DNA of 56,685 nucleotides from Bdellovibrionota bacterium (GTDB lineage: Bacteria > Bdellovibrionota_C > UBA2361 > OMII01): contig JBBALZ010000001.1 in the NCBI GenBank assembly GCA_040402735.1, forward strand, positions 1 to 56,685. The letters are read 5' to 3'. Each line of letters opens with the position of its first letter. Position 1 is the stretch's first letter. Both the position numbers and the translations under genes were made by a program. This document shows positions 41,920 through 50,660 of this stretch, piece after piece. The notes under the pieces are model-generated. The model searched no databases. It was not told the origin of the DNA and saw only the letters and a list, made by a program, of their open reading frames with translations.

Positions 41920-43644
41920 ATGAGAACCGCCAGATATTCTGTTACCACACACCGCCTGATCCGCTCACTCGCTGCTCCAGCGATAGCCGCGGTATTGATG
42001 CTTGCCGGATGTACCGGAAAGGATAAAGGTGCCGCTCCCGTTGTCAAAACAACCAAGCAGTTGTCAAACGATCCACTGCTACAAAAGATCCCTACATCGA
42101 CCGCTGCGTTTGCTGTTATGGATTTTTCCGGTGATGGATATAAAGCCTTCACCCAATCCCCATATTCAGGGAGCAAGAACGCCAAGAAATCTATCGATGG
42201 ATTGATTGAGAAGATACGCCAATCAGGGTCTAGTGATGAATTGGCGACGATTATTCAACGTCTGTGGGATTCCGGATTGCAGCTCGGTATCGTTGCGCCT
42301 GACGGCTCATACACAGTTGATAAAGTTCTCGCTCGAAGCGTAGTTTTCGCTGGACCTGTAACAGGCAACCAACTTCCCGTTGACGCTGGTTTGTTCCTTA
42401 AAGGAGCAAATGGAGTAGCGATGACAGAGAAGCTAGAGATTATCCGGAAAGAACTATCTGAATCATCACTCAAGATAAGTGACGAGAGTATAGCGGGTGC
42501 ATCAAAAGGATTCTCTATCGGCGTCTCAAGTGCTCCGGTAAGGGTATTCTTTGCTGCTAATGCCGAACTTCTTGGAGCAGCAACGAGCAAAGCAACTGTT
42601 GAGGGCCTTTTCTCTGCGACCAACACAGGTGCGATAGAGGCGATTCAAGCACTACCTGAGTACAAACAGGCCACTAGCCCTTGCGCTCCTATTGATAAAA
42701 CCCTGGCATTTTCCTTTATATCGCTCTCGCGGCTCCGTCCACTCCTTGATGCTATTGCCAAGGCCGATGAGTCTGGAGAATTTAAGCCACAAGAGATTCC
42801 CTTCGATGCTTTGGCTATTCAGAGTAGCTTTCCGAAACAGTATGTTCATAATATCGGGCTCGCAGTAACGCCCAGAACAGAGACACAAACCAAGCTCTTT
42901 GAGGCGCTTCAAGGTAGCGCACTCTCTCCTGCCGCAAGCAAAGTGCCTGCTGATTCGGCTCTATCAATAGCTCTAGATACTCGCTTCTTGGGCAAGCTTG
43001 AACCGATGATAAAAAGCATAGAGCAAGGCTCACCGATAGGTTTAGCTGATCATGCTAAGAAGCTAGAGAGCTTTACGCTCGGCCTTCGCAACAACGCTGC
43101 CGGCTCTCCGCTTCCTGACATCTTCCTAATGTTAGAAAGCGCTGGTCGCGAGCAGCTTGGAAGCTTCCTTGAAAGCTCTCTAGGAATGGCGATGTCGCTA
43201 GCCGGACAAAATGCGAAATGGCAGACAAAGGAGATTGAGGGTACGCCCACAAAATACTTCACGACCCTTATCGGTGCCGGTGTATACATGAGCTCTCCAA
43301 GCAACACCAAGTCAGTGTTGATAGGCTCCTCTGACGCAGTCGTTAAGGATTTAATTACGGCTCAATCAGGCAAGAGTCCTGCTGCAGCGGCAGCGGTCCC
43401 AGAGGTTCTCAAGAGTCAGATCGCATCGGCTAACGTTGCTTCATTTTATTTTAATTTTACAAAGGTTGCTGATGTATTAGATTCAGCCAAAAATACACTA
43501 GCTATGTTCACAGGTGGGAACTCTGAGCTGAATAAAGTTCTTGAGTCAGCCAATATTCGGTCGTGGGGGATCTCTGCCGGAGGGATCTCGTATGCCCCTG
43601 GAGTACTTGCGATTAACTCAAGTTTTGAAGGAGTTACTAAGTAG
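41920..43644 (+). CDS. Hypothetical lipoprotein (574 aa)
   Basis: Signal peptide with lipobox LMLAGC. Long soluble protein with no motif I can name; size and composition are reminiscent of DUF3352-type proteins. Confidence 0.65.
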   Translation: MRTARYSVTTHRLIRSLAAPAIAAVLMLAGCTGKDKGAAPVVKTTKQLSNDPLLQKIPTSTAAFAVMDFSGDGYKAFTQSPYSGSKNAKKSIDGLIEKIRQSGSSDELATIIQRLWDSGLQLGIVAPDGSYTVDKVLARSVVFAGPVTGNQLPVDAGLFLKGANGVAMTEKLEIIRKELSESSLKISDESIAGASKGFSIGVSSAPVRVFFAANAELLGAATSKATVEGLFSATNTGAIEAIQALPEYKQATSPCAPIDKTLAFSFISLSRLRPLLDAIAKADESGEFKPQEIPFDALAIQSSFPKQYVHNIGLAVTPRTETQTKLFEALQGSALSPAASKVPADSALSIALDTRFLGKLEPMIKSIEQGSPIGLADHAKKLESFTLGLRNNAAGSPLPDIFLMLESAGREQLGSFLESSLGMAMSLAGQNAKWQTKEIEGTPTKYFTTLIGAGVYMSSPSNTKSVLIGSSDAVVKDLITAQSGKSPAAAAAVPEVLKSQIASANVASFYFNFTKVADVLDSAKNTLAMFTGGNSELNKVLESANIRSWGISAGGISYAPGVLAINSSFEGVTK

Positions 43645-43738
43645 TTTTGGGCCACTACGAGATCTTTTAGGAAACCTTGGGCCAGGGGCTTTCATCTTAA
43701 TTTCCGAAGTAGCGAAACACGCTTCTGGAGAAAAAAAC

Positions 43739-43951
43739 ATGAATAGCCTTGCCCAGCTTCTTGAAATCGCTAGCAGAATTGACCACCTCGGTAGCTGTGC
43801 TGAGTGGATTGCCCGTGAGACCTGCCATACCGACAACTCTGTTTCACAGACCGGAACTCTTATATCAGTACTTGCTGAGGATATTCGTGAAAAGATTACA
43901 AATCTCGTCTCAGAGCTAGAGCACCTTGGTGAGCTAGAGGGTTCTCACTAG
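43739..43951 (+). CDS. Small hypothetical protein (70 aa)
   Basis: Internal ATG of ORF 43541..43951, about 9 nt after GGAG. The upstream part of that ORF overlaps the preceding gene. Confidence 0.35.
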   Translation: MNSLAQLLEIASRIDHLGSCAEWIARETCHTDNSVSQTGTLISVLAEDIREKITNLVSELEHLGELEGSH

Positions 43952-44076
43952 AGTTAGAGTCAAACGTGCTATAGAAGTGATGTGCGAAAATCCGCGTCAG
44001 TAAATCTGGCAAGGCTTGTACTGCACATCACTGGCATGTCGTTGTTTTTATTCCCATACGCGAATGGTTGGCATCG

Positions 44077-44130
44077 CCTCATTTAGCGACGAAATTGCAA
44101 CGACGATCTTAAAATCCGGTGAGTAGTTAC
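44077..44130 (+). repeat. R1 core, partial copy
   Basis: CCTCATTTAGCGACGAAATTGCAACGACGATCTTAAAATCCGGTGAGTAGTTAC. Confidence 0.8.
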
Positions 44131-44269
44131 CTTTTGCCTGCACCCATATTAAAACTGAGCTACATTGTCTTAAGAATTAATCCTAAATTCTCGCCATTTA
44201 CCCTGAAGCACAAGCGCCCTTAAGCCGGATATGGTATTGGTACTCGACCCCAGCTAAGGGAATGTAACG

Positions 44270-44701
44270 ATGACAAATGCAGCCCTGAAAATCACTACAA
44301 ACGATAGACTCGATTCTTCGCGGCTATACCTGGTGCCAAAGAATGCAGCGGTGTCGAGGTCGCTTGAGCATGGGGCTTTTAGCCGGAGCCAGATCGCTTG
44401 GCTCACTGTTGTTTTAGTCGTCCTGCAGATACTAGATGGAATCCTAACCTACGCTGGCATGAGCACCTTTGGCCTGCGTGCCGAGGGCAACCCTCTTCTG
44501 CGCAGCCTTATGAGCATTGTTGGAATTATACCAGCTATCGCTATTACTAAGGCTTCGTGTATCGCTGTTATCATGGCACTGTGTGCTCAAGCGCATCGGA
44601 TCTCCTGGCTACCTGTAGCGCTCACATTTATCGCTGGAATATATGCAGCGGCAGCGATAGTTCCGTGGTCCTGGCTTCTGATTGCTGAGTATTTTGCTTA
44701 A
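44270..44701 (+). CDS. DUF5658-like small membrane protein
   Basis: 143 aa with four predicted TM helices. The LQILDGILTYAGM...GNPL pattern is typical of DUF5658 as I recall it. Confidence 0.6.
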   Translation: MTNAALKITTNDRLDSSRLYLVPKNAAVSRSLEHGAFSRSQIAWLTVVLVVLQILDGILTYAGMSTFGLRAEGNPLLRSLMSIVGIIPAIAITKASCIAVIMALCAQAHRISWLPVALTFIAGIYAAAAIVPWSWLLIAEYFA

Positions 44702-44719
44702 GTATTTTCGTAACACTCA

Positions 44720-45147
44720 GGGCCTCGCAATTCTCTTCTCTTAAATAGGGCCAAAAATGCGCGGAAGAAAAAAGATCCGCTAAAATCGGCTAATTTAGCG
44801 ACTAAATTGCAGCGACGATCTTAAAATCTGGTGAGTAGTTACTTGTTTTTTTGTAACTACTCAGCAAATTCTGCCGCAGTAACGTCAGCCCCTATTAAGG
44901 GGCGGCTTTGCGGAGCAAAGCGGGGTGGAGATAATAACTACTCACCAAAAAAGGCACCCCCGACTAGGGGGTGGCAAGAAAAAGGACCCGCCAAAATCAC
45001 CTCATTTAGCGACGAAATTGCAGCGACGATCTTAAAATCTGGTGAGTAGTTACGTTTTTTTAAGTTTAACGACACCTGGCCGCGCATTTTTATCCCTGTC
45101 AGGAATGCCAGTTTTTTCGAGTAGATAGCGGGAGAATTGCGAAGCCC
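44720..45147 (-). mobile_element. Composite: R2 element (reverse orientation) interrupted by an R1 cluster
   Basis: 44720-44764 matches the 45-nt R2 right arm and 45080-45147 matches the 68-nt R2 left arm, both reverse-complemented. The 35-nt R2 loop is replaced by about 315 bp of R1 modules. Confidence 0.8.
44765..45053 (+). repeat. Cluster of three R1-type modules
   Basis: R1 core 44765-44842, then the hairpin GGTGAGTAGTTAC-TTGTTTTTTT-GTAACTACTCAGC. Next is the module 44853-44946, which contains GGGCGGCTTTGCGGAGCAAAGCGGGG. A full 118-nt R1 follows at 44936-45053. Confidence 0.8.
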
Positions 45148-45204
45148 TACCTTTACAGAGGCATATTTTGACCGTTGGCTATTTTATGATATTTTACATC
45201 TGCT

Positions 45205-45687
45205 ATGCGTGTAACAAAGTGGGGCGAATGCGGTATTTTGTGCTCGGTGTACCTTGCTCAGAGGTACGGTGATGGCCCTGTAGGCGCGACAGAGATAGCA
45301 CAGAGTCAGGGACTTGACGTGCAGTATACCCAGCAGATCCTCCAGAGACTGCGTCGGGGAGGTGTAATTGAAAGCGAGCGCGGTCCCCGTGGAGGATACC
45401 GTCTTTCGCGAACTCCAGAGGCGATCTCACTAAAAGATATCCTCTACGCAACCGAAGGCGATACGTTTCAGCTTATCTGCGAATACTCGCCACTCCATCC
45501 GAACCTTGAAGATCAATCAAAATGTGCCACCAAAGAGAACTGTGGTCTACACGGGGTGTGGCAAGATCTCCGCTTAGCTATTGATAAGCTACTCGAAAAA
45601 CGCACACTAAAAGACCTTATTGCAATCAATACTGCAACGACACATCTGGTACAACTCGCTAGCCGGAAAAATGGCACTCTTTCCTAA
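45205..45687 (+). CDS. Rrf2-family transcriptional regulator
   Basis: N-terminal wHTH (ATEIAQSQGLDVQYTQQILQRLRRGGVIESERGPRGGYRL). Cys residues lie in the C-terminal half (LICEY, KCATKENCGLHGVW), so Fe-S ligation is possible. Confidence 0.85.
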   Translation: MRVTKWGECGILCSVYLAQRYGDGPVGATEIAQSQGLDVQYTQQILQRLRRGGVIESERGPRGGYRLSRTPEAISLKDILYATEGDTFQLICEYSPLHPNLEDQSKCATKENCGLHGVWQDLRLAIDKLLEKRTLKDLIAINTATTHLVQLASRKNGTLS

Positions 45688-46175
45688 CGGCCTGAAACCG
45701 ACGGCACAAATGTATACTTATGCAGCCGGGCCTCGCCCCCACGCCGAATCTCGATCGTTGCATCATTCTCACGCGCCAGTAGCTGTATAAAAGCCGGAAA
45801 CTGCGCTGGATTCTTTATTAGGTAGCGATTTGCCGCAACTATGATGTCGGAATTCTCAAGCCCTAGCAGTCCATAAACACTATCCTGATTGATATCAAAT
45901 ACTCGGTACTCATAACTTTCAACAGATGATACGGATTGAAACACAGGAACAAGACGAATCGGATTCTCGCGAATCTTTGTTAGTGCCTCCTGAAGATCGC
46001 GCCTCTGAATGGTATACGAAATCACTCTTAGAGCTGGAGGAATCGGTCGAACATCATCGATAAACTTAGGACTCTTAACTGCTGGTGAAAAACAGCCCTG
46101 ACAACCTAGCGCGACCACAAGTGATGCAAAATGCAGCAATATCCGACTTCTCTTACCCGCACTCTGATGTCTCAT
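45684..46175 (-). CDS. Hypothetical lipoprotein with PDZ/GspC-like domain
   Basis: Lipobox LVVALGC. The C-terminal part (YRVFDINQDSVYGLLGLENSDIIVAANRYLI) resembles a small PDZ-like fold. Overlaps gmk by 4 nt. Confidence 0.5.
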   Translation of the reverse strand: MRHQSAGKRSRILLHFASLVVALGCQGCFSPAVKSPKFIDDVRPIPPALRVISYTIQRRDLQEALTKIRENPIRLVPVFQSVSSVESYEYRVFDINQDSVYGLLGLENSDIIVAANRYLIKNPAQFPAFIQLLARENDATIEIRRGGEARLHKYTFVPSVSGR

Positions 46176-46840
46176 GGCGTTACCTCACAAAATTGCGTAA
46201 CAGAATCTTTATCAATTCGCAGGTAGCGCGACCGCTCAGCCAACACTATCGCCCTGACCTGGTCGTATGTTGATTCAAGCTCCCGATTCACTACAAGATA
46301 GTCGATCATCGCCCCCTGCCCATGCAACTTCAACAACGCTTCGTATTCACTCTTAGCTGTAGCAAATCTTCGCTGCAGCTCTGCTGAATCCACCGTTCCG
46401 CGAAGCTCGAGGCGACTACGAAGCTCTTTAAATGATGGCGGCACGAGAAAAATCGTAACTGTATTATCCGGAAACTGGCGTTTAAAATTGAGCGCTCCAC
46501 GTACATCGATCTGAAAGACAAGATCTCTCCCACTCTCAATACCTTCAATCAACGCAGCCTGCAGCGTTCCGTACAGGTTGCCGTGGATCTCCTCCCACTC
46601 AAAGAACTCACCACGCTCACGCCGCGCCAGAAACTCTTCTCTCGTCATAAAATGGTAACTCTTTCCAGTCTCCTCGTTAGATCGCGGCGGACGAGATGTA
46701 GCCGAAGTTGAATAACGTAACCCTTCGGGAAACTCTGCGACCAGTCGCTCACAAAAGGTGCTCTTCCCTGAGCCAGTCGGACCGATAAGAACGAACAGGA
46801 TACCTTTTCTGATCAAACTTTTGTGTGCTGAACTCATCAT
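46172..46840 (-). CDS. gmk: Guanylate kinase
   Basis: P-loop GPTGSGKST and TSRPPRSNEETGKSYHF. 222 aa. Confidence 0.92.
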   Translation of the reverse strand: MMSSAHKSLIRKGILFVLIGPTGSGKSTFCERLVAEFPEGLRYSTSATSRPPRSNEETGKSYHFMTREEFLARRERGEFFEWEEIHGNLYGTLQAALIEGIESGRDLVFQIDVRGALNFKRQFPDNTVTIFLVPPSFKELRSRLELRGTVDSAELQRRFATAKSEYEALLKLHGQGAMIDYLVVNRELESTYDQVRAIVLAERSRYLRIDKDSVTQFCEVTP

Positions 46841-46843
46841 AAA

Positions 46844-47740
46844 CTACTCGATATTCTGAACCTGTTCTCGGATTCGCTCTAGCTCTGTCTTTGCTTCTAC
46901 CACGATTCCCTGAACCTGCGCATCCTGAGCTTTTGAGCCGATTGTATTGAGTTCACGGCCTATCTCCTGAACTGTAAAGTCTAATTTCCTGCCGATTCCC
47001 TCACCAGACCCTTGCTGGAGAAGCTGCGTAAACTGAACCAGATGAATGCCTAGACGCGAAAGCTCCTCACTGACATCAACTCGGTCCGCTAATAACGCCA
47101 CCTCAAGCGCCAAGCGCTCCGGATCAATGCGAACCTCAGGCTCTAAGCCAGCAAGACGCTCGGAGACACGATCACGAAAACGGTTGGAGTTGCCAGCTAC
47201 ACGCTCTGAGATCGACTCGCGCATCACTGTTATCGCAGCTACTCGCGGCTCGATATCCTTAACCAGCCCGGCACCTTCAACTTCACGATCTTCACAAAGC
47301 AATCGGCTGCATTCCGCCACGAGATCTTTAATTACTTTCAACTCACTCTCTGAGATCTCGTTTACATCCCCCAGCGAAGTAACATCACGTAACACAAGCT
47401 CACTAATAAAGTGGGGAAGCCCCTCCGCCCCCAGCCCATACCTCTTACAAGCCGCAGCATACGATGCCACCGCTCCATCAAACTTATCAGATTGGGCGCT
47501 CAATTCATCTTGGGCTGATGCTGCTCTGGGGCTTGTTGCTCGAACGCGCCTTGAGACCAAGACCTCAAAGCGCCCACGACGGTGCTCTCTCTGAAGAGTA
47601 GTCCGAAAATCACGCTCTAATTCAACGATGCTGCGCGGCCCACGAACCGCGACTTCAAAAAATCGATGGTTAACCGAGCGAATCTCGACCCCTAGATCAA
47701 CGTCCGTGTACGAGCTAGCAACCCGAGCAAAGCCGGTCAT
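46844..47740 (-). CDS. yicC: YicC-family stress-induced protein
   Basis: Starts MTGFARV (canonical YicC N-terminus SMTGF). C-terminal DUF1732-like region EIGRELNTIGSKA. The ORF could extend to 47776. Confidence 0.85.
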   Translation of the reverse strand: MTGFARVASSYTDVDLGVEIRSVNHRFFEVAVRGPRSIVELERDFRTTLQREHRRGRFEVLVSRRVRATSPRAASAQDELSAQSDKFDGAVASYAAACKRYGLGAEGLPHFISELVLRDVTSLGDVNEISESELKVIKDLVAECSRLLCEDREVEGAGLVKDIEPRVAAITVMRESISERVAGNSNRFRDRVSERLAGLEPEVRIDPERLALEVALLADRVDVSEELSRLGIHLVQFTQLLQQGSGEGIGRKLDFTVQEIGRELNTIGSKAQDAQVQGIVVEAKTELERIREQVQNIE

Positions 47741-47782
47741 GCTTTTAACCGCGCAACGCTCAACTCTCGGGCTCATCGGTCG

Positions 47783-48796
47783 TTATATCTCCCACTTTTC
47801 TACCTGTTCACGTAACTTCTCGAGTTTGATAGCCGCGGTTCCAACTTCAGAAACAACGATACCCGCTGCTATATTAGCCAGAATACCAGCATTTACTGGG
47901 CCTGCCCCTACCGCTAGCGCAGCAGTAAAGACCGCCGTCACTGTATCACCAGCGCCGCTCACATCAAACACCTCGCGCGCCATCGTTTCCAGGTGCAGGC
48001 CATCAGAGCTATCAGCACGGCGGACTACCATACCGCCCTCTCCGAGCGTAATAACCATTATCTCGGCACCCCACTTTTTGAGCAATATCCGGGCTGCATC
48101 GAAAGCATCCTCAACCCCCTTTATGCTCCTACCTGACGCCGCTTCTGCCTCTTTTCGATTCGGTTTAGCAACACTCATGCCCTTATAACGGTCGTAGTTG
48201 CGTGGATGCGGATCAACAAAGAGAGGTCGCGACGTAAGTCCCAACGTACCCTGAGCGTAGGCATCAGTAAGCGCCTGCAACACATCAACCGTTACAGCAC
48301 TCTTACCATAGTCAGAGAGAATCACTCCCTGTGAGCCCTCAATCCTCTCTTGGACGAGCTGCTTGAGCTGTCTCGATACATCGGCCCCGGCCGGATCGAG
48401 AACCTCACGATCAATCCGCACCACCTGTTGAGTAGCCGCGATAACCCGACTCTTGAGAACCGTAGGGCGAGATGAATCAACTAGTATCCCACTTGCATCT
48501 GCCCCTGCATCCTTAAAGAGGTCGATAATCACACGGCCATCGGCGTCATCACCTATGAGGCCTGTGACCGATACCTTTGCGCCTATATTGACCAAGTTAC
48601 GAACCACATTACCCGCTCCGCCCAGACGGTCCTCCATGCGCACGACCTGAACCACCGGAACCGGTGCCTCAGGTGATATTCGCTCTACCTTACCCCAGGT
48701 GTAGCGATCAAGCAGGATATCGCCAACTACGAGTATCGGCACCCCAATCATCTTATCGAGTGTTTCTACGAGTTCGTGTTTAGTTCCTAATTTCAT
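47783..48796 (-). CDS. hldA: D-glycero-beta-D-manno-heptose-7-phosphate kinase (PfkB/RfaE domain I type)
   Basis: PfkB carbohydrate kinase pattern (VVGDILLDRY, DVSGAGDTV). Kinase domain only, with no adenylyltransferase domain. Start uncertain (48796, or the GTG at 48832). Confidence 0.8.
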   Translation of the reverse strand: MKLGTKHELVETLDKMIGVPILVVGDILLDRYTWGKVERISPEAPVPVVQVVRMEDRLGGAGNVVRNLVNIGAKVSVTGLIGDDADGRVIIDLFKDAGADASGILVDSSRPTVLKSRVIAATQQVVRIDREVLDPAGADVSRQLKQLVQERIEGSQGVILSDYGKSAVTVDVLQALTDAYAQGTLGLTSRPLFVDPHPRNYDRYKGMSVAKPNRKEAEAASGRSIKGVEDAFDAARILLKKWGAEIMVITLGEGGMVVRRADSSDGLHLETMAREVFDVSGAGDTVTAVFTAALAVGAGPVNAGILANIAAGIVVSEVGTAAIKLEKLREQVEKWEI

Positions 48797-48846
48797 AAGC
48801 GATATATACCAAGAGCAACCATCTGGCGCCACTGATTTAGGGCGTC

Positions 48847-48896
48847 TAGGACATCGCTATTTTCTTGTCTTAGGTGGGGCCAAAAATGCATTGTGC
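48847..48896 (-). repeat. R2 right-half copy (diverged)
   Basis: TAGGACATCGCTATTTTCTTGTCTTAGGTGGGGCCAAAAATGCATTGTGC aligns with the reverse complement of the R2 right arm. Lies between hldA and the GT9 gene. Confidence 0.65.
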
Positions 48897-48908
48897 AGGC
48901 TACACCAA

Positions 48909-49913
48909 CTACACCTGCCGCATCTTCTCAAGCACCATTTCGGGCCGCAGCAGCTTCATGCACACCTTTCCGAGTCCGGGGCACACGCGGCGCTTACACG
49001 GAGCACACCCTACGTTAGCTGTCAGAGTTAGAGCCTCGCTGCCACGCGGAGCATTGCGAACACACGGCGTTGGACCAAATAGTGTAATGTGCGGGGTACC
49101 AACGGCACCCGCGATATGACCTGGCCCCGAGTCCGGCCCAACGAGTACCCGCGCGCCTTCAATCAAGGCTACAAGCTCCGCCAAACTGGTCTTACCGGCA
49201 AGATTCACTATCTTAGCCTTGGTAGCAATCTTCTCAAGGCGCTCTGCCATGGCTATCTTTGACTTATCAGCTAGAAAAACCACGGTGCCACCAGGTAACA
49301 TAGAAAGCAACTCTTCATAGCCCTCAACCGGCCAGTCTTTCGAATCCCACGATGATCCTAGGATAAAACCGATATAAGGCTCCAAGCGCAGCTCATCTGC
49401 CCACGCGGCTGTCACCCCTTCCAGAGTAATCCCTTCAAGCCCAGATGACAGCTTTTCGGGCTGCGCTAACCCTAAATAAGTAAGAAACGTATGGTAGTGC
49501 TCAATTTTAGATATCGCCTCACCCTGCTGCGGCACATACTCAGTGTTAAAGATCCAGTTTCCCTCTTTGGCATCTTTACGGTGAAATCCTATACGCCGCG
49601 GCGAACCGGAAAACCAGGAAAACAGGCCGCTCTTGGCGTGTCTCTGCAGATCAAGTGTTACATCAAACGAGCGCTTGGCAAGCTCTCGACGAACCTCTAA
49701 AACACCACGTAGCCCCTGGGCTCGATTAAACACGAGGATCTCATCAATAGCCGGGTGTAGCTTTAGTATCCCCGAGCACGCTGGCTCTACTAACCAGGTG
49801 ATATGAGCGTCAGGCTCGGCTGATTTTAGTGAATTAACAAGATACATCCCTCGAACAACATCTCCGAGCGCTCCCATTAAAATAAAAAGATACCGCCGTG
49901 AATTACTACTCAC
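48909..49913 (-). CDS. Glycosyltransferase family 9 (LPS heptosyltransferase)
   Basis: 334 aa with the GT9 pattern (LGDVV near the N-terminus, GPDSGPGHIAGAVGTPHITLFGPT). Confidence 0.85.
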   Translation of the reverse strand: MSSNSRRYLFILMGALGDVVRGMYLVNSLKSAEPDAHITWLVEPACSGILKLHPAIDEILVFNRAQGLRGVLEVRRELAKRSFDVTLDLQRHAKSGLFSWFSGSPRRIGFHRKDAKEGNWIFNTEYVPQQGEAISKIEHYHTFLTYLGLAQPEKLSSGLEGITLEGVTAAWADELRLEPYIGFILGSSWDSKDWPVEGYEELLSMLPGGTVVFLADKSKIAMAERLEKIATKAKIVNLAGKTSLAELVALIEGARVLVGPDSGPGHIAGAVGTPHITLFGPTPCVRNAPRGSEALTLTANVGCAPCKRRVCPGLGKVCMKLLRPEMVLEKMRQV

Positions 49914-50652
49914 TGTAGCTCCGCAGCATTAATGACATTATCTCTGAAAGAACCGGAGACAGCCCATGCTTTATCACCGCTCTGCGCCACCTACGCAGGT
50001 ACAGATCGCGTAATGCTGATGCTGGCCCCTTAAAGGTGTGTGCCTTGTCAAAATCAACTATATGCACACGTCCCGAAGCCGTTACAAGCACGTTTCCGGG
50101 ATGAAGATCGATATGGAATATCCTATTACGAATTAGTATCACCATCTGCTCGCCCAACGCCGTCATTACGCGCTGGAGTCCATCAGGATCCTCTCTCTGG
50201 AGATCAACCAGATTTCTGGTATCAGCTAATTCCTCCATAACCAACCAAGTGCCGTAAACAAAAGAGCCCTTCTTAACAAAGGCATACGGTTGCGGCGCAT
50301 TAACTCCGAGCTCTCTGACCTTCTCAAGCATCTCGAATTCAACACGTGCTCGCGGCACTCCGTAAGCTATAAAACGTCCGCCTGTTAGAGCCCTGAGTAG
50401 ACCACCGTGAGAGTAGTGCTTTATAAACACGCGCCCCAAACCCTCAATTTGCATCACTGTCGAGCGACTTCGGCCTCCCAACGTTGATTGCGCACTCTCA
50501 CCAGCAGCTCCTCGCAGCGCTCTAACCAGAGTAGTCGCACTATCATCTGTGAGCACCCCGCGACTAGAAAAAATAAAGGGGCCGCGCACGATATCACTAA
50601 AAGGCTTAACCAAAGATTCAGCACCACGCAAAAGAGACATAGTCATATACAA
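49906..50652 (-). CDS. Lipopolysaccharide kinase (Kdo/WaaP family)
   Basis: 248 aa with a protein-kinase-like catalytic loop IFHIDLHPGNVLV and IVDFDKA. Embedded between two GT9 genes. Confidence 0.75.
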   Translation of the reverse strand: MYMTMSLLRGAESLVKPFSDIVRGPFIFSSRGVLTDDSATTLVRALRGAAGESAQSTLGGRSRSTVMQIEGLGRVFIKHYSHGGLLRALTGGRFIAYGVPRARVEFEMLEKVRELGVNAPQPYAFVKKGSFVYGTWLVMEELADTRNLVDLQREDPDGLQRVMTALGEQMVILIRNRIFHIDLHPGNVLVTASGRVHIVDFDKAHTFKGPASALRDLYLRRWRRAVIKHGLSPVLSEIMSLMLRSYSE

Positions 50653-50660
50653 AAAGTCAA

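Noticed and set aside
44720-45147. Possible CRISPR array, because of several similar ~55-120-nt units close together.
   Set aside because: The units are in mixed orientations with irregular spacing and no unique spacers of constant length. The same sequences are dispersed singly across the window, and no cas genes or leader are present.
47046-48188. Long antisense ORFs (182 and 186 aa) across yicC and hldA. Similar cases lie opposite the acyl-CoA dehydrogenase gene (25006..25527), folA (39208..39711), the LPS kinase / GT9 genes (50488..50982), rpoD (31077..31439) and the nuo genes.
   Set aside because: All lie opposite confidently identified genes. They have Ser/Arg/Thr/Pro-rich composition typical of antisense frames, and none has an RBS or recognisable domain.
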